Below, in pieces: positions 1 to 15,181 of a DNA stretch of 64,000 nucleotides. Both the position numbers and the translations under genes were made by a program. The stretch spans positions 448,001 to 512,000 of the forward strand of contig CAWIIV010000006.1 of NCBI GenBank assembly GCA_963836205.1, read 5' to 3'. Below the pieces are notes generated by a model. That model had not been told where the DNA came from. It worked only from the letters and a program-made list of their open reading frames with translations, and searched no databases. The number at the start of each line of letters is the position of its first letter. Position 1 is the stretch's first letter. The stretch comes from an uncultured Acidimicrobiia bacterium. Lineage in GTDB: Bacteria > Actinomycetota > Acidimicrobiia > Acidimicrobiales > AC-14.

Positions 1-47
1 GTCCCCGCTACGCCCGGCGGCTGGCCGAGCTGCTGGCGGGGCAGTGA
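1..47 (+). CDS. 3' end of an unidentified gene (partial)
   Basis: Frame reads PRYARRLAELLAGQ* and its TGA overlaps the next GTG (GTGA coupling). Too short to identify. Confidence 0.45.
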   Translation, partial: PRYARRLAELLAGQ

Positions 48-511
48 GCCCCACCGCCACCGACGACGATGTCGCCGCGGTCGCCGAGTTGCTCGGGCGG
101 CCGCCGCAGGGCGACTTCGAGGTGGTCGTGCGCGACCCCGACGGCCGGCCGGTGGTCATCCGCAACGCCCCCCTCATGGCCGACGGCACACCGATGCCCA
201 CCCGCTACTGGCTGGTCCACGCCGAGCTGCGGCGGCAGGTGAGCGGGCTGGAGTCGAGCGGCGGGGTGCGGGCGGCGGAGGCGGCCGTCGACCCGGTCGA
301 GCTGGCCGCGGCCCACGCCGCCCACGCGGCCGAGCGCGACTCGGCCCTGCCCCCCGGCTACGCCGGCCCCCGGCCGTCGGGTGGCGTCGGCGGGACCCGC
401 AAGGGGGTCAAGTGCCTCCACGCCCACTACGCCTGGCACCTCGCCGGCGGCGACGACCCAATCGGGCGGTGGGTCGCGGCCCGGTTGGCCGAGCGTCAGA
501 ACCAGGCATGA
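44..511 (+). CDS. DUF501 family protein
   Basis: GTPMPTRYWL and GGVGG..KGVKCLHAHYA motifs; usual position upstream of ppx in Actinobacteria. Confidence 0.9.
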   Translation: MSPTATDDDVAAVAELLGRPPQGDFEVVVRDPDGRPVVIRNAPLMADGTPMPTRYWLVHAELRRQVSGLESSGGVRAAEAAVDPVELAAAHAAHAAERDSALPPGYAGPRPSGGVGGTRKGVKCLHAHYAWHLAGGDDPIGRWVAARLAERQNQA

Positions 512-1443
512 GCGGGGCCGTGGCCGTGTGCCGGGCGGCCATCGACTGCGGCACCAACTCGACCAGGCTGCTGGTGGTCGACGGCGACGGCGCGACCTTG
601 GAGCGGCTCATGCGCATCACCCGCCTGGGCCAGGGCGTCGATGCCACCGGCCGGCTGGCGCCGGAGGCGATCGAGCGGACGGTGGCGGTCCTTCGCGAGT
701 ACCGCGGCGTCCTCGACCGTCTCGACGTGGAGCGGGTGCGGATGACAGCGACGTCGGCCGCCCGCGACGCGGCCAACCGGGACTTGTTCTTCGACGCGGC
801 CGAGGCGGTGGTGGGGGCGCGCCCGGAGCTGCTCGGGGGCGACGAGGAGGCCCGCCTGTCGTTCCTGGGGGCGACGGCCGAGCTCGACCCGTCCGATGGT
901 CCCTTCCTGGTGGTCGACATCGGGGGCGGGTCCACCGAGTTCGCGGTGGGCACCCCCGGCTCGACGAATGCAGGGCCCGAGGGCGTGGTGTCGGTCGACA
1001 TCGGCTGCGTGCGCATCACCGAGAAGTTCCTCCTCTCCGACCCGCCCGCGCCCGAGGAGCTGACCAACGCCCTCACCGTCGTCCGCGACTACCTCGACGA
1101 CGTGGTGCGCGAAATTCCCGCGGCCGCCGACGCCGCCTGCCTGGTGGGTCTGGCGGGCACGGTGTCGAGCGTGGCCACGGTGGAGTTGGGGATCGACTAC
1201 GACCGTGACCGCGTCCACCACTTCCGCCTCACCCGGGAGGCGGTGGAGGACGTGTTCCGCACCCTCGCCACCGAAACCCGGGCCCAGCGGGTGCACAACC
1301 CGGGCCTGGAGGAGGCCCGGGCCGACGTCATAGTGGGCGGTGTGGTGGTCCTGGCCGCGATCATGCGCTACTTCGGGTTCGCCGAATGCCTGGTGAGCGA
1401 GTCCGACATCCTCGACGGGCTGGTCATGAGCTTGACCCGTTAG
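508..1443 (+). CDS. ppx: Ppx/GppA exopolyphosphatase
   Basis: AAIDCGTNSTRLLV, ATSAARDAAN, VDIGGGSTE, SESDILDG; ATG overlaps the DUF501 stop. Confidence 0.93.
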   Translation: MSGAVAVCRAAIDCGTNSTRLLVVDGDGATLERLMRITRLGQGVDATGRLAPEAIERTVAVLREYRGVLDRLDVERVRMTATSAARDAANRDLFFDAAEAVVGARPELLGGDEEARLSFLGATAELDPSDGPFLVVDIGGGSTEFAVGTPGSTNAGPEGVVSVDIGCVRITEKFLLSDPPAPEELTNALTVVRDYLDDVVREIPAAADAACLVGLAGTVSSVATVELGIDYDRDRVHHFRLTREAVEDVFRTLATETRAQRVHNPGLEEARADVIVGGVVVLAAIMRYFGFAECLVSESDILDGLVMSLTR

Positions 1444-1454
1444 GGTCGGTCGGG

Positions 1455-2102
1455 ATGGCCCTCGGTGAGCGCATCCCCACCACGTTGCGAGGCCGGCGGG
1501 TGGTGTTGCGTCCGCTCAATGCGGCCGACTTCGAGGGGTGGCGGGAGGTCCGCCAGCGCAACCGGGGGTGGCTGCTCAAGTGGGAGCCCAAGCCGCCGCC
1601 CGGGGCCCCGGACGACACCGAGAGCCGGCCCGCCTTCGTCGCGCGCTGCGGCGCCCGCGAGCGGGAGTGGCAGATGGGGTCGGGCTACGGGTTCGGGATC
1701 TTCGTCGGCGGCCAGTTCGCCGGTGAGCTGAACCTGTCGGGGGTGCAACGGGGCCCGTTCCAGAACGCGTACGTCGGCTACTGGGTCGACGAGGCCCAGG
1801 CCGGCAACGGGTACGTCCCCGAGGCGCTGGTGGTGGCGGCCCGATTCGCCTTCGAGGAGCTGGGCCTGCACCGGCTCCAGGTGGCCATCATCCCCCGCAA
1901 CCGGGCCAGCCGCCGGGTGGCGGAGAAGCTGGAGCTGCGGGAGGAGGGCATCGCCCACCGCTACCTGGCCATCAACGGCGTGTGGGAGGACCACATCCGC
2001 TACGCCCTCACCGCCGAGGACTGGGCCTCCCGCCGCACCGAGCTGCTGGCCACGTGGATCGGCGAGTCCCGCCCCCAACTCCACCTCAAGCCGAGGCCGT
2101 AG
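1455..2102 (+). CDS. RimJ/RimL-type GNAT N-acetyltransferase
   Basis: VQRGPFQNAYVGYWVD, LHRLQVAIIPRN..SRRVAEKL, YLAINGVWEDH. Confidence 0.9.
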   Translation: MALGERIPTTLRGRRVVLRPLNAADFEGWREVRQRNRGWLLKWEPKPPPGAPDDTESRPAFVARCGAREREWQMGSGYGFGIFVGGQFAGELNLSGVQRGPFQNAYVGYWVDEAQAGNGYVPEALVVAARFAFEELGLHRLQVAIIPRNRASRRVAEKLELREEGIAHRYLAINGVWEDHIRYALTAEDWASRRTELLATWIGESRPQLHLKPRP

Positions 2103-2125
2103 CCCGCCCCGCCGCACCCTCGGTC

Positions 2126-2174
2126 GTTGGTTGTGCAGCTGTGTGGGATAGACCGACGTAACTGCACAACCAAC
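2126..2174. repeat. 49-bp imperfect palindrome, family A copy 1
   Basis: GTTGGTTGTGCAG...CTGCACAACCAAC between convergent genes; near-identical copy at 19387. Confidence 0.85.
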
Positions 2175-2196
2175 GGCGGGACGCCGCCACCGGTCC

Positions 2197-3469
2197 CTAG
2201 AAGTACCCCATGGGGTCGACGGGGTCGCCGTCGACCCGGACTTCGAAGTGGAGGTGGGGGCCGGTGCACGCGCCGGTGCAGCCGACCCGGCCGATGACCT
2301 CGCCCACCGTCACCCGGTCGCCCTCCGAGACGAGGATCGAGCTCTGGTGGCCGTAGAGGGTGGCGATGCTCCCCCCGTGCTCGATGATGGTGGCGTTGCC
2401 GTACCCGCCGAGCGATCCCGCGCTGGCCACGACGCCGTCGGCGGCGGCATAGATGGGGTCGCCCGTGTCGGCACCGATGTCGATGCCCGTGTGCATGCGG
2501 CCGTCGCCGTAGATGGGATGGATGCGGTACCCGAACGACGAGGTGATCGTGCCCCCAGGGATGGGGAAGAGCAGTTGGCCGCTGCCGGCGGGCAGGGCGG
2601 GCAGGGCGGCGATGGCGGCGTCGGCCGGGGCCGCGGCCCGGGCCGCCGCCCGTTGGCGCAGGGTCTCGGCGATGGCGGCCGACTCGGCCTCCAGCGTCGC
2701 CACCTCGGCCTGGTAGGCCTCCTTCCGGGACAGGACCTCGGCCCGGAGCTGCTCCTGCTGGGCCACCTCGACGGCGGCGTCGTCGCGCACCGCGTCCTGG
2801 GCGTCGCGTGCCACCTGGAGGCGGTCGCGCTCGCCGGCCACCACGTCCCGCTGATCGACAGCCTCGGTTCGTGACTGCTCGAGCTGGTCGCGCAGGTCCT
2901 TGACCTCGTCCCGCAGGCGCTCGTTCTCGGCGATGACGTCGGCCTGGCTGCCGACCACCGCTTTGAGGTACGACCGGCGGTGGACCAGCTCGTCGAGGCT
3001 GCCCGCCCCCAGCAGCATCCCCGCGTAGCGGGCCGCCTCCGACTGGCCGGTGTAGGCGGCAATGGCCTGCTTGGCCAGCTCCTCCTTGGCCGCGGTCAGC
3101 TGCGTGGTGGCCTCGCCCAGACGGGTCTCGGTGCGGTGCTGCTCCGCCTCCAGCGCCGCCAGCCGGGTCTCGGCCCCGTCGACGGCCGCCCTGCACGTCG
3201 GCGATCTGGGAATCGAAGCCGGCGACTTTGGCGTCGAGGTCGGCCAGCCGGCCCGAGCTCTCGTCGATCAGCCCGAGGAGCCGACTCTCCTCGGCCGACG
3301 CCTCTCCCACCTGTTCCTGGAGGGAATCGATCTGTTCGTCGATCAGCGACTTGTCGGCCTCGGTCTGGGCCAGGGCCGGCACGACTCCCGGCCCGGGCGC
3401 GAGGCCGGGCACGAGAACGAGCAGCGCGCAGGCCGCGACCATGGCGCGCGCAACCCCCCCGTGCCTCAC
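2197..3469 (-). CDS. Coiled-coil M23 peptidase (FtsEX-associated, EnvC-like); apparent +1 frameshift near 3190
   Basis: Signal peptide, coiled coil, HTGIDIG and TGPHLHFEVR; extra G in CAG-G-GCG joins the two ORFs; downstream of ftsX. Confidence 0.88.
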
Positions 3470-3539
3470 TCGGGCCACGCTAGCAACAGCAGCAACACGA
3501 ACAACAGAAACCCCTCACCAGATGACAGCCGGACCGACG

Positions 3540-4434
3540 TCAGACGTCGAGGAAGCGGCTGACCGCCAATGCCGAACCCACCGTCCCCACGAGAACACCG
3601 ACCACGAGCAGCAGGATCCCGGTGCCGGCGACGTCGCCGCTGGTGACCAGGAACTGCTTGAACAGTTGGATGTCGTTGCGAGCCTCGGTGATCCGGCTCT
3701 GGATCAGGTCGCGACCGATCCAGACGACGCCGTAGGCCAGGGCGGCCCCGGCCAGGCCTTGGATGAGGCCCTCGAGCATGAAGGGTATTCGGATGAACCA
3801 GTTGGTGGCGCCCACCAGCTTCATCACCGCCACCTCCCGGCGGCGGGCGAAGATGGCCATGCGGATGGTGTTGAGGATGAGCAGCGACGCCGCCGCCAGG
3901 AGCACCGCGGCCACCGCCCACAGCATGATCTGGAGGAAGTTGGTGACCGACACCAGGGCGTCGACCTCCTCCTTGGCATAGCTCACGCGGAAAACCCCGG
4001 CGGTGTTGTCGAACCGCTCGCCGATCACCTTGGTCTGCTCGGCCTGTTTGGGCACCACCCGGTACGACGGGGGGATCTGCTCCACGGTGAGGCTGTCGCG
4101 CACGTCGGGCTCGTTGGCGAAGATCTTGCGGAACTCCTCGAACGCCTCCGGCTTGCTCACGTAGTGGTAGCGCTTGACCTCGGGCATCTGCTTGAGCTGG
4201 CGGTCGATGGCCTCCGACTCCGGCGCCGAGGCGTCGGGCTTCATGAAGATCGAGAGCTCGACGTTGTCCTTCCACTGCACCGTGGCCCGGTCGACCCCCC
4301 GCTTCACGAGGAGGGCCCCGCCCACCAACGTCAGCGAGACGGCGACGGTGAGCGAGCGCGGCCGAGGCCATGGAGATGTTGCGGCGCAGGTTGGAGATCG
4401 TCTCCCGCGCCACGTAAGAGAGGTTGACTGCCAT
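3540..4434 (-). CDS. ftsX: Cell division permease FtsX; apparent frameshift near 4354
   Basis: N-term ETISNLRRN and C-term ILNTIRMAIFARRREVAVMKLVGATNWFIRIPF lie in different frames; follows ftsE. Confidence 0.92.
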
Positions 4435-4437
4435 GTG

Positions 4438-5124
<687 letters not shown>

Positions 5125-5286
5125 GAGGGCCGGGCTTGCCTCCCTACGGAAAGGTGCGGCAGAGGCATGGTAACGGCTCGCGGCCGACCGTTGCGAGCAC
5201 CCACGCCCGCTCCCCTCGCAGGGGGAAGGGGCAGCACGCCGAGCTGGCCGCCGAGCAGGGGTAAGGCGGCGTCCTGGGTCGTGGGC

Positions 5287-7582
5287 CTACCTGGTGGTCG
5301 TCGGCCTGGTGACGGGCGGCCTGGTGGTCGTCGGCGGCGGGACCGTGGTGGTCGTCGGCGGCGGCACCGAGGTCGACGGCCTGGTCGTCGTCGGCGCGAC
5401 CGTGGTCGTCGGCCGGGTGATCGTCGGCCTGGTGGTCGTCGGCCGGGTGGTGGTCGGCGCGACCGTGGTCGACGGCCTGGTGGTCGTCGGCGCGACCGTG
5501 GTCGGCGTGGTGGTCGTCGACGGTCTGATCGGCCTGGTGGTCGATGTGGGCGTGGTGGTCGTCGTCGACGACACAGTCAGGCGGATGTTGCAGCTGGTGT
5601 ACGGGCCGGTGACGGGAATGGCTGTCTGCCGTCCCGCCACCACGACGTTCACCGCACTCCCCGCCGAGGCACGGAGCGAGGTCCACTGGGCGGCGCTGGG
5701 GGTGAAGCTGGTGCCGGGCTGCTCGGGAGACTGGAGGAGCAGGGTGGCGAAGGTGGCGTCGTAGAACTTGACGATGAACCGGTTGTTCCGGAACGCGGGG
5801 CCCCCGCCCTGCGCGCTCCAGGTGAGGGTCGGGGGCAAACCGACGGGTGCCGCCGAGTTGTCGGCCGGCGCGGTGATCCGCGGCGCCACCGCCTGCTCGG
5901 TGAAGATGCAACCGATGTCGGCCACCGCGGCCGCGCCCTTGCCGGCGACCAGGGCGGCATAGGCCTCCGAGAGGGTCCAAGCCTCGGCGGCCTTCAGCGG
6001 GTTGAAGACAGCGGCGTCACCGAGACGGATGCCCCGCTGGTCACCGGTGTCGGCGGGCGTGTCGTAGAGGTCCCACAACGCCCGCTGCACCGTCAGCTCG
6101 TTGTCCTCGCCGAGGCCGGTGCCGCCGGAGGGCCCTTCGAGGTCGTAATCGAGGGTGGAGTCCTCGGTGTCCGTGTAGCGGGTGTCGCCCACGTTGGGGA
6201 TGCCGAAGGCGGCCGTGCCCATGATCTGTTGCAGGCTGGTGCCGAAATAGGTGGGGAAGCCCTCGCCCCAGGCCAGCCGGGTGCCCAGCGTCCTTGCCCC
6301 GGTCGTCCGTCTCCGACAGGTTGTCGCTGGAGGAGTGGTTACCGCCGGGGTTGTCCTCGATCCCCTGGTTGTTCATGAAGTAGTGCCCGAACTCGTGCAG
6401 GTTGACGTCCCAGTCGAAGCGGTCGAGGTGGAGGATGTGGAGGGCCCCGTCCCCGAAGTTCGAGGTCTCGTCGGCGGTCGGGAAGTCGACCACGATGGCG
6501 GGCAGGGCGGCGCCGGTCAGCGAGGCCGCGTAGGCGACGGTGGTCACCAGCGCGTCGTGGACGGAGAACGCGGTGTTGTTGTCATCGACGTTGTTGGCGG
6601 TCAGGTTCCTCGTGAGGGCGGCACCGTCGGCCACGTTGTCGGTGACCGTCGAGTCGATCCGGTGGGTGCCGGCCGTGCCCTGGATGTCGAACCCGGAGCT
6701 CTTGGCCAGCACCCGGAGGAAGAGGTCGCGGCCTCCCTCGCCGGTGCCGTCGTCGTTGTTGACCGTGGCCGTGAAGTTGCCCGTGGCGTTGGTGTTCACG
6801 GTGGTGACGAGGACGGACCCGACCGTCTCGACGTCGCGGATCTCCACGGGGGCGAGACGTACGGGATGGGTGTTTCCGGCACTGTCGGTGTACCGCACCT
6901 GGCCGGAGATGGTCACTGTCCCGCCGGCCGATTGGGCCTGGCTCGGGCCCGTGGCCGCCGTCGCCGATGTCGTCACCACCGCCCCCCCGCCGAGGAGCCG
7001 GTCGAGCGCGGCGGCATAGGTATCGGCCGGGAGGGCGGCGCGGGCGGAGGACAGGGCGGTGACCGCGGCGTCGAGCGAACCGCGGGTGCTCTGGGACACG
7101 CCGCCGTCCCCGGCGGCAACCCACAGCCTCGTCGAGCGGGTCACGATCGAGTGGCCGACGCTGTCGTAGGCGGTGACGCTCGCCTGCACCACACCCGCCC
7201 CCGGACCGGTGACGACGAACGGGATCGGCACGTCGACCGATTGGCCCGCGGCCGGCACCGCCACCACCTGGAGGAGGGGTGCGGCGGTGGTGACCGGACC
7301 GACGGTGCGCACCGAGATCGCCAGCCGGGCGAAGTCGCCCTCCGGGGTGAGGTGCAGGGAGGCGGTCGACGCCTCACCGATGGCCGGGGTCCCCGGCGCG
7401 GCCGCCATCCCGACGGCGACGCCTCCCGCGGGCTTGACGCGGACACTGCTGACCGATCCCGTGGCTGCTGCCGCCCGCGCCGCTGCCTGGCTCGGACCGG
7501 CGCCGGCGACCGCCATCAGTCCGAGCATCCCCACCGACAACCACAGCGCCACCGAACGCGGCCGCTTGGCATCCATCGTCAT
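5287..7582 (-). CDS. Secreted zinc metalloprotease (gluzincin-like) with Thr/Pro-rich tail; apparent frameshift near 6285
   Basis: Signal peptide; HEFGH, then AWGEGFPTYF once the frame is restored; PTTTRP-rich C-terminus. Confidence 0.75.
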
Positions 7583-7679
7583 CGCAGTTCCCGTCACGAG
7601 AGGGGCGGAACGGCGCACCATACTTTCAAGCCGCCTCCGCCGCACGGTCCGTTCGGGATCACCTGCCGCGGGCGGCCGG

Positions 7680-8291
7680 CTACCCCGTCGTGGCGCCCCC
7701 ACCGAGGATCTCGTCCCGCCGACGGAGGTAGTCGCCCTCGCCGACGGCTCCGAGGGCCCGTTCGTGATCGAGGTGGTCGAGGCGCAGCTGCAGGAGACCG
7801 GCCCGCCCGGTCAGGACCTCCGAGCCGGCGGACAGCACCGACACCGCGTCGGTGCGCCCGTACCGCACCCGGTCGGCGTCGTCGACCACATCGACCGTAC
7901 CGGTGAGCTCGCCGCTGCCGACCGAATCGATGCGGACCGTTGCGTCGAGGGTCAGTCCCACACCGGCCGCCGGGTCTCTCCACCGGCCGGCCCCGGCCTC
8001 GACCACCGTGACCGCTCCCGACCCTTCGACCCGCGCTCGCACCCCGCTCACGGGCTCTCGGGTCGCGAACTGCAAGGTCACCCGGAAGGGCACGCCGATC
8101 GCCGGAGCGTCACCGGGCAGCACCAGCTCGATGTCCAGCGGCGGAAGCGGCTTCCCGTCGCTGACGGGGGCCGTGGTGGCCGCCGGAACGGACGCCGGTG
8201 TGTTTGGTCGGCTCGGCCCCGCCGGTCCACAACCGGCGAGAACCACGCCGGCCACCAGGACCAGCACCGCACGGGCCCATCTCCGGATCAC
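7680..8291 (-). CDS. Lipoprotein resembling the N-terminal domain of the downstream protease
   Basis: GTG overlaps the prfB stop; lipobox VLAGC; Ig-like beta pattern. Confidence 0.75.
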   Translation of the reverse strand: MIRRWARAVLVLVAGVVLAGCGPAGPSRPNTPASVPAATTAPVSDGKPLPPLDIELVLPGDAPAIGVPFRVTLQFATREPVSGVRARVEGSGAVTVVEAGAGRWRDPAAGVGLTLDATVRIDSVGSGELTGTVDVVDDADRVRYGRTDAVSVLSAGSEVLTGRAGLLQLRLDHLDHERALGAVGEGDYLRRRDEILGGGATTG

Positions 8292-9394
8292 ACCCGCTGC
8301 CGCTGCCTCCAGCGCAGCCAGGATTCCATGAAGCCGTCGAGGTCGCCGTCGAGGACGGCGCCGATGTTGCCCACCTCGTGGTCGGTGCGGAGGTCCTTCA
8401 CCATCTGGTACGGGTGCAGGACGTAGGAGCGGATCTGGCTCCCCCACGCCACGTCGCGCTGCTCGCCGGCGAGGGCTTCCATCTCCCGCCGCCGGTCCTC
8501 CCGGGCCCGCTCGGCCAGCTTGGCGGCCAGGATCTTCATGGCCACCTCCTTGTTCTGGTGCTGGCTGCGCTGGTTCTGGCAGGACACGACGATGCCCGTG
8601 GGCTCGTGGGTTATCCGCACCGCCGAGTCGGTGACGTTCACGTGCTGGCCGCCCGCGCCCGACGAGCGGTAAGTGTCGATACGCAGATCCTTCTCGTCGA
8701 TCTCGACCTCGCCCGAGAGATCCTCGATGAAGGGGACGGCCTCGAAGGAGGCAAAAGCGGTGTGGCGGCGGGACTGGGAGTCGAACGGGGAGATGCGGAC
8801 CAGCCGGTGGACACCCTTCTCCGCGCTCAGCAGCCCGTAGGCGTGGCGGCCCCGGACGATGAAGGTGGCCGACGAGATGCCTGCCTCGGTGCCCGGTGAC
8901 ACCTCCTCCAGCTCCACCGCGAACCCCCGCCGCTCGGCCCACCGCAGGTACATGCGCAGCAGCATCTCGGCCCAGTCCTGGGCGTCGGTGCCTCCCGCCC
9001 CCGAGTGGACCTCGCACACCGCGTCGAGCTCGTCGTGTTCGCCCGAATACATGGCTCGCAGCTCGACCACGGACAGGTCCTTCTCGACCGCGCCCATGCC
9101 CGCGTCGACTTCGGCCTCGAACGACTCGTCGCCCTCCTCCCGGGCCAGCTCGTAGAGGACCTCGACGTCGGACAGGCGCCGCTCCAGGCTGTCGAGCTCG
9201 TCGACGTCGTCCTTCACCCGGGCCAACTCGCCGGTGACCTTCCGGGCCGCGTCGGGGTCGTCCCACAACGAAGGATCCGAGGCCTGCTGCTCGAGCTCGG
9301 TCAGCCGCAGCCGACGTCCGGGCAGGTCGAGCGTCTTCTCCATGTCGCGCAGCCTGCTGCGCAGGCCCGCCAAGGCGTCGGAGAAATCCCTCAC
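8288..9394 (-). CDS. prfB: Peptide chain release factor 2
   Basis: RISPF and SSGAGGQHVN, WGSQIRSYVLHPYQMVKD; continuous ORF. Confidence 0.97.
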   Translation of the reverse strand: MRDFSDALAGLRSRLRDMEKTLDLPGRRLRLTELEQQASDPSLWDDPDAARKVTGELARVKDDVDELDSLERRLSDVEVLYELAREEGDESFEAEVDAGMGAVEKDLSVVELRAMYSGEHDELDAVCEVHSGAGGTDAQDWAEMLLRMYLRWAERRGFAVELEEVSPGTEAGISSATFIVRGRHAYGLLSAEKGVHRLVRISPFDSQSRRHTAFASFEAVPFIEDLSGEVEIDEKDLRIDTYRSSGAGGQHVNVTDSAVRITHEPTGIVVSCQNQRSQHQNKEVAMKILAAKLAERAREDRRREMEALAGEQRDVAWGSQIRSYVLHPYQMVKDLRTDHEVGNIGAVLDGDLDGFMESWLRWRQRQRV

Positions 9395-9403
9395 TGGGAG
9401 ACC

Positions 9404-9763
9404 AACGTCAAAGGCTTCGACCCGCCTTCGGCGGGGCTGCCTGCATGTTCCGACGAACCAAGCTCGCTTCGCTCACAGGAAGGCTTGGACCCGCCTTCGG
9501 CGGGGCTGCCTGCATGTTCCGACGAACCAAGCTCGCTTCGCTCACAGGAAGGCTTGGACCCGCCTTCGGCGGGGCTGCCTGCATGTTCCGACGAACCAAG
9601 CTCGCTTCGCTCACAGGAAGGCTTGGACCCGCCTTCGGCGGGGCTGCCTGCATGTTCCGACGAACCAAGCTCGCTTCGCTCACAGGAAGGCTTGGACCCG
9701 CCTTCGGCGGGGCTGCCTGCATGTTCCGACGAACCAAGCTCGCTTCGCTCGACGGTTCGTCGG

Positions 9764-9764
<1 letters not shown>
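9404..9764 (-). repeat. Tandem array of about 5 x 69-bp hairpin-rich units between secA and prfB
   Basis: Unit aggcttggacccgccttcggcggggctgcctgcatgttccgacgaaccaagctcgcttcgctcacagga starts at 9412, 9481, 9550, 9619, 9688. Confidence 0.95.
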
Positions 9765-12502
<2,738 letters not shown>

Positions 12503-12585
12503 GGACCCGAGTCTACCGGGGGGCCACCTGCGCCCGGTTGGTCGGGGGTAGGCGTCGGCGGGGCCGTCCGGGCCAGAATGACGCC

Positions 12586-15181
12586 GTGACCGACCCTGAC
12601 GACGACCGCGCCGCGGACACGACCGGCGAGGTCGGCGCCCCCGACGCGGTCGCGCCCGATCCCGCGGCCGCCCCCGGGGACGAGAAGCGGGCGGCGAACG
12701 GCGAGGCCGCGGCCGTCCCGGGCGGAGTCGCGCCGGAGGAGGACGTGGGGGCGGCGAACGTGGTCGAGTCGGTGGACGATCCGACGGGCGCCGCGGCCGA
12801 GGCCGAGTCGGCGGGCGAGGGCGGACTCGACGCCGCGGACGATACGACGAGGGACGAGGCCGCCCCCCTCCTGGACCGGGGCATGGTCGGGACGGGCGAC
12901 GACGGGGCGGCGGCCGACGAGGTCGAGTCGGTGGGCGAGGACGGGGCGGCGGTCGACGAGTCGCCAGGCGACGGGGCCGCAGTCGAGGTCGACGCCGTGG
13001 ACGACGGCGAGGTCGGGACGGGCGACGCCCAGGGCACGCCCGACGGGGTCGGGTCGGTGAACGATGACGAGGCCGACGAGTCGCCAGGCGACGGGACCGC
13101 AGTCGAGGTCAACGCCGTGGACGACGACGAGGTCGGGGCGACCGACGACGGCGCAGAGACTGACGGCGGGGCGTCCGACGGCGGGGCGTCCGACGGCGGG
13201 GCGTCCGACGGCGGGGCGTCCGACGGCGGGGCGTCCGACGGCGGGGCGTCCGACGGCGGGGCGTCCGACGGCGGGGCGTCCGACGGCGGGGCGTCCGACG
13301 GCGGGGCGTCCGACGGCGGGGCGTCCGACGGCGGGGCGTCCGACGGCGGGGCGTCCGACGGCGGGGCGTCCGACGGCGGGGCGTCCGACGACGGGGCGTC
13401 CGACGGCGGCTCGGTGGACGGCGACGATGACGCGGCGGCGGACGAAATCGACCCCCCCGAGGTGGGCGCCTCCGGCGGCGGCGGTGGCGGCCGGTTCGAC
13501 GACGAAGACGACGACAGTCGGGACCGGGCGGACTTCTCGGGGGTCACGGCGCTCCTGCGGCGGTGGGGTGCGCTCCCGCCGGCCCGGCCGAAGCCGGCGA
13601 TCCTCGTGCCCCGGCGGGAGCAGGTCCTCGTCCACGCCGGCGCCCCGAGCGACACCGACGTCGACGAAGCCCCTCCGCCGCCACCCGCGGCCCCGGAGGC
13701 CGACGACTACGACCAGGTCAACCTCTCGCCCCTGATCGAGTGGGCCAAGGGTCGCGATCCTGTCCGGTGGACCCTCGGGGCCATGGTGGTGGTGTGGTCG
13801 TTGGTCTTCATCACCCTCGGCTGGCGCCGCCACGCCCACTTCGGCACCTTCGGCTTCGACCTCGGGATCTACGACCAGGGCATCTGGCTGCTGTCCCGCT
13901 TCAAGGACCCGTTCGTCACCGTTCGCGGCCTCGACCTGTTCGGGCACCACATGAACGTCATCCTGTTGCTCTTCGCCCCCTTCTACTGGCTCGGCGCGGG
14001 ACCCCTCTTCCTGCTCGTGGCCCAGGTGGCGGCCCAGGCGTCGGGGGCCGTCGCCATCTTCCTCCTCGCCCGCGACCGGCTCAAGGCCCGGTGGCCGGCG
14101 GTGGCGCTGGCCAGCGTCATCCTCCTCCACCCGAGCTACCAGTTCTTCGTCTGGGAGTACTTCCATCCCGACGTCCTGGCCATCGCCCCCCTTCTCTTCG
14201 CCTACTGGGCCGCCCGGGCCAAACGGTGGAAGTGGTTCGCGGTGGCCGCGGTGCTGGCCGTGGCCTGCAAGGAGGACGTGGCCCTGGCCGTGATCATGCT
14301 CGGCATCGTGATCGCCATCCGGGGCGACCGCCGCATCGGGGCGTTCGTGGCGGCGGCGGCCACCGCCTGGTTCGTGGCCGCCACCCGGATCTTCATCCCC
14401 CACTTCAACGGGATCGGCCCGTTCTACGAATCCTTCTTCGGGGAGTTCGGGCGCAGCCCGACCGAGGTCGTCGGCCACGTCGTGACCCACCCCGGCCGCA
14501 CCTTCGACGTCGCCACCGAGCCCGATCGCCTGAACTACTACCGGATGCTGTTCGCGCCGGTGGCGTTCCTCCCCGTCTTCGCCCTCTCGACCCTGCTCGT
14601 CGGCCTGCCCATGCTCGGGGTCAACGTGCTGTCGACCTTCCCCTACCAGCGGGACAGCAAGTTCCACTGGACGGCCATGATCCTGGCCGCCATCGTGCTG
14701 GCGACGGTGGAGGCCATCGCCTACCTCGGTCGGACACCCGCGGCCCGGGCCTTCCTGGTGGGGCTGGTGGTGGCCACGTCGTTGGCGTCCACCGTGGCCT
14801 GGGGACCGTCGCCGCTGGGCGTGAAATACCACAACGGGTACTGGCCCTTCGGCCCCGACGCCCGACTGGCGGCCAAGGAGGCGGCGGCCGCCCTCGTCCC
14901 CGACGGAGCCGCCACCAGCGCCGTCTACATCTTCGTCCCCCATCTCGCCCACCGGGAGAAGATCTACGAGTTCCCCGTGCCGTGGCAGACGATCAACTGG
15001 GGCGTCGACGGCGAGAACCCGCACGACCCGGCCGGGGTGGAGTGGCTCGTCGTCGACCGCCAGATCCTGAGCGAGAGCCGACAAGACCCTGATCGGCGGG
15101 CTGCTCGAGCGGGAGTTCGTGGTCCGTTACGACAACAACGACATCATGGCGGCGGAGCGCGTCAACCCACCGGACGGCTGA
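12586..15181 (+). CDS. DUF2079-family polytopic membrane protein (GT-C-like) with long acidic N-terminus; apparent frameshift near 15077
   Basis: [24 protein letters not shown] motifs; shifted frame continues [33 protein letters not shown] to 15181. Confidence 0.8.
13162..13410 (+). repeat. 15-bp coding VNTR (DGGAS x15 plus variants)
   Basis: GACGGCGGGGCGTCC is perfect 15 times from 13162 to 13386, then one variant and a partial copy. Confidence 0.97.

Noticed and set aside
8288-9394. Programmed frameshift in prfB
   Set aside because: The ORF is continuous with no CTT-TGA site, as is usual in Actinobacteria.
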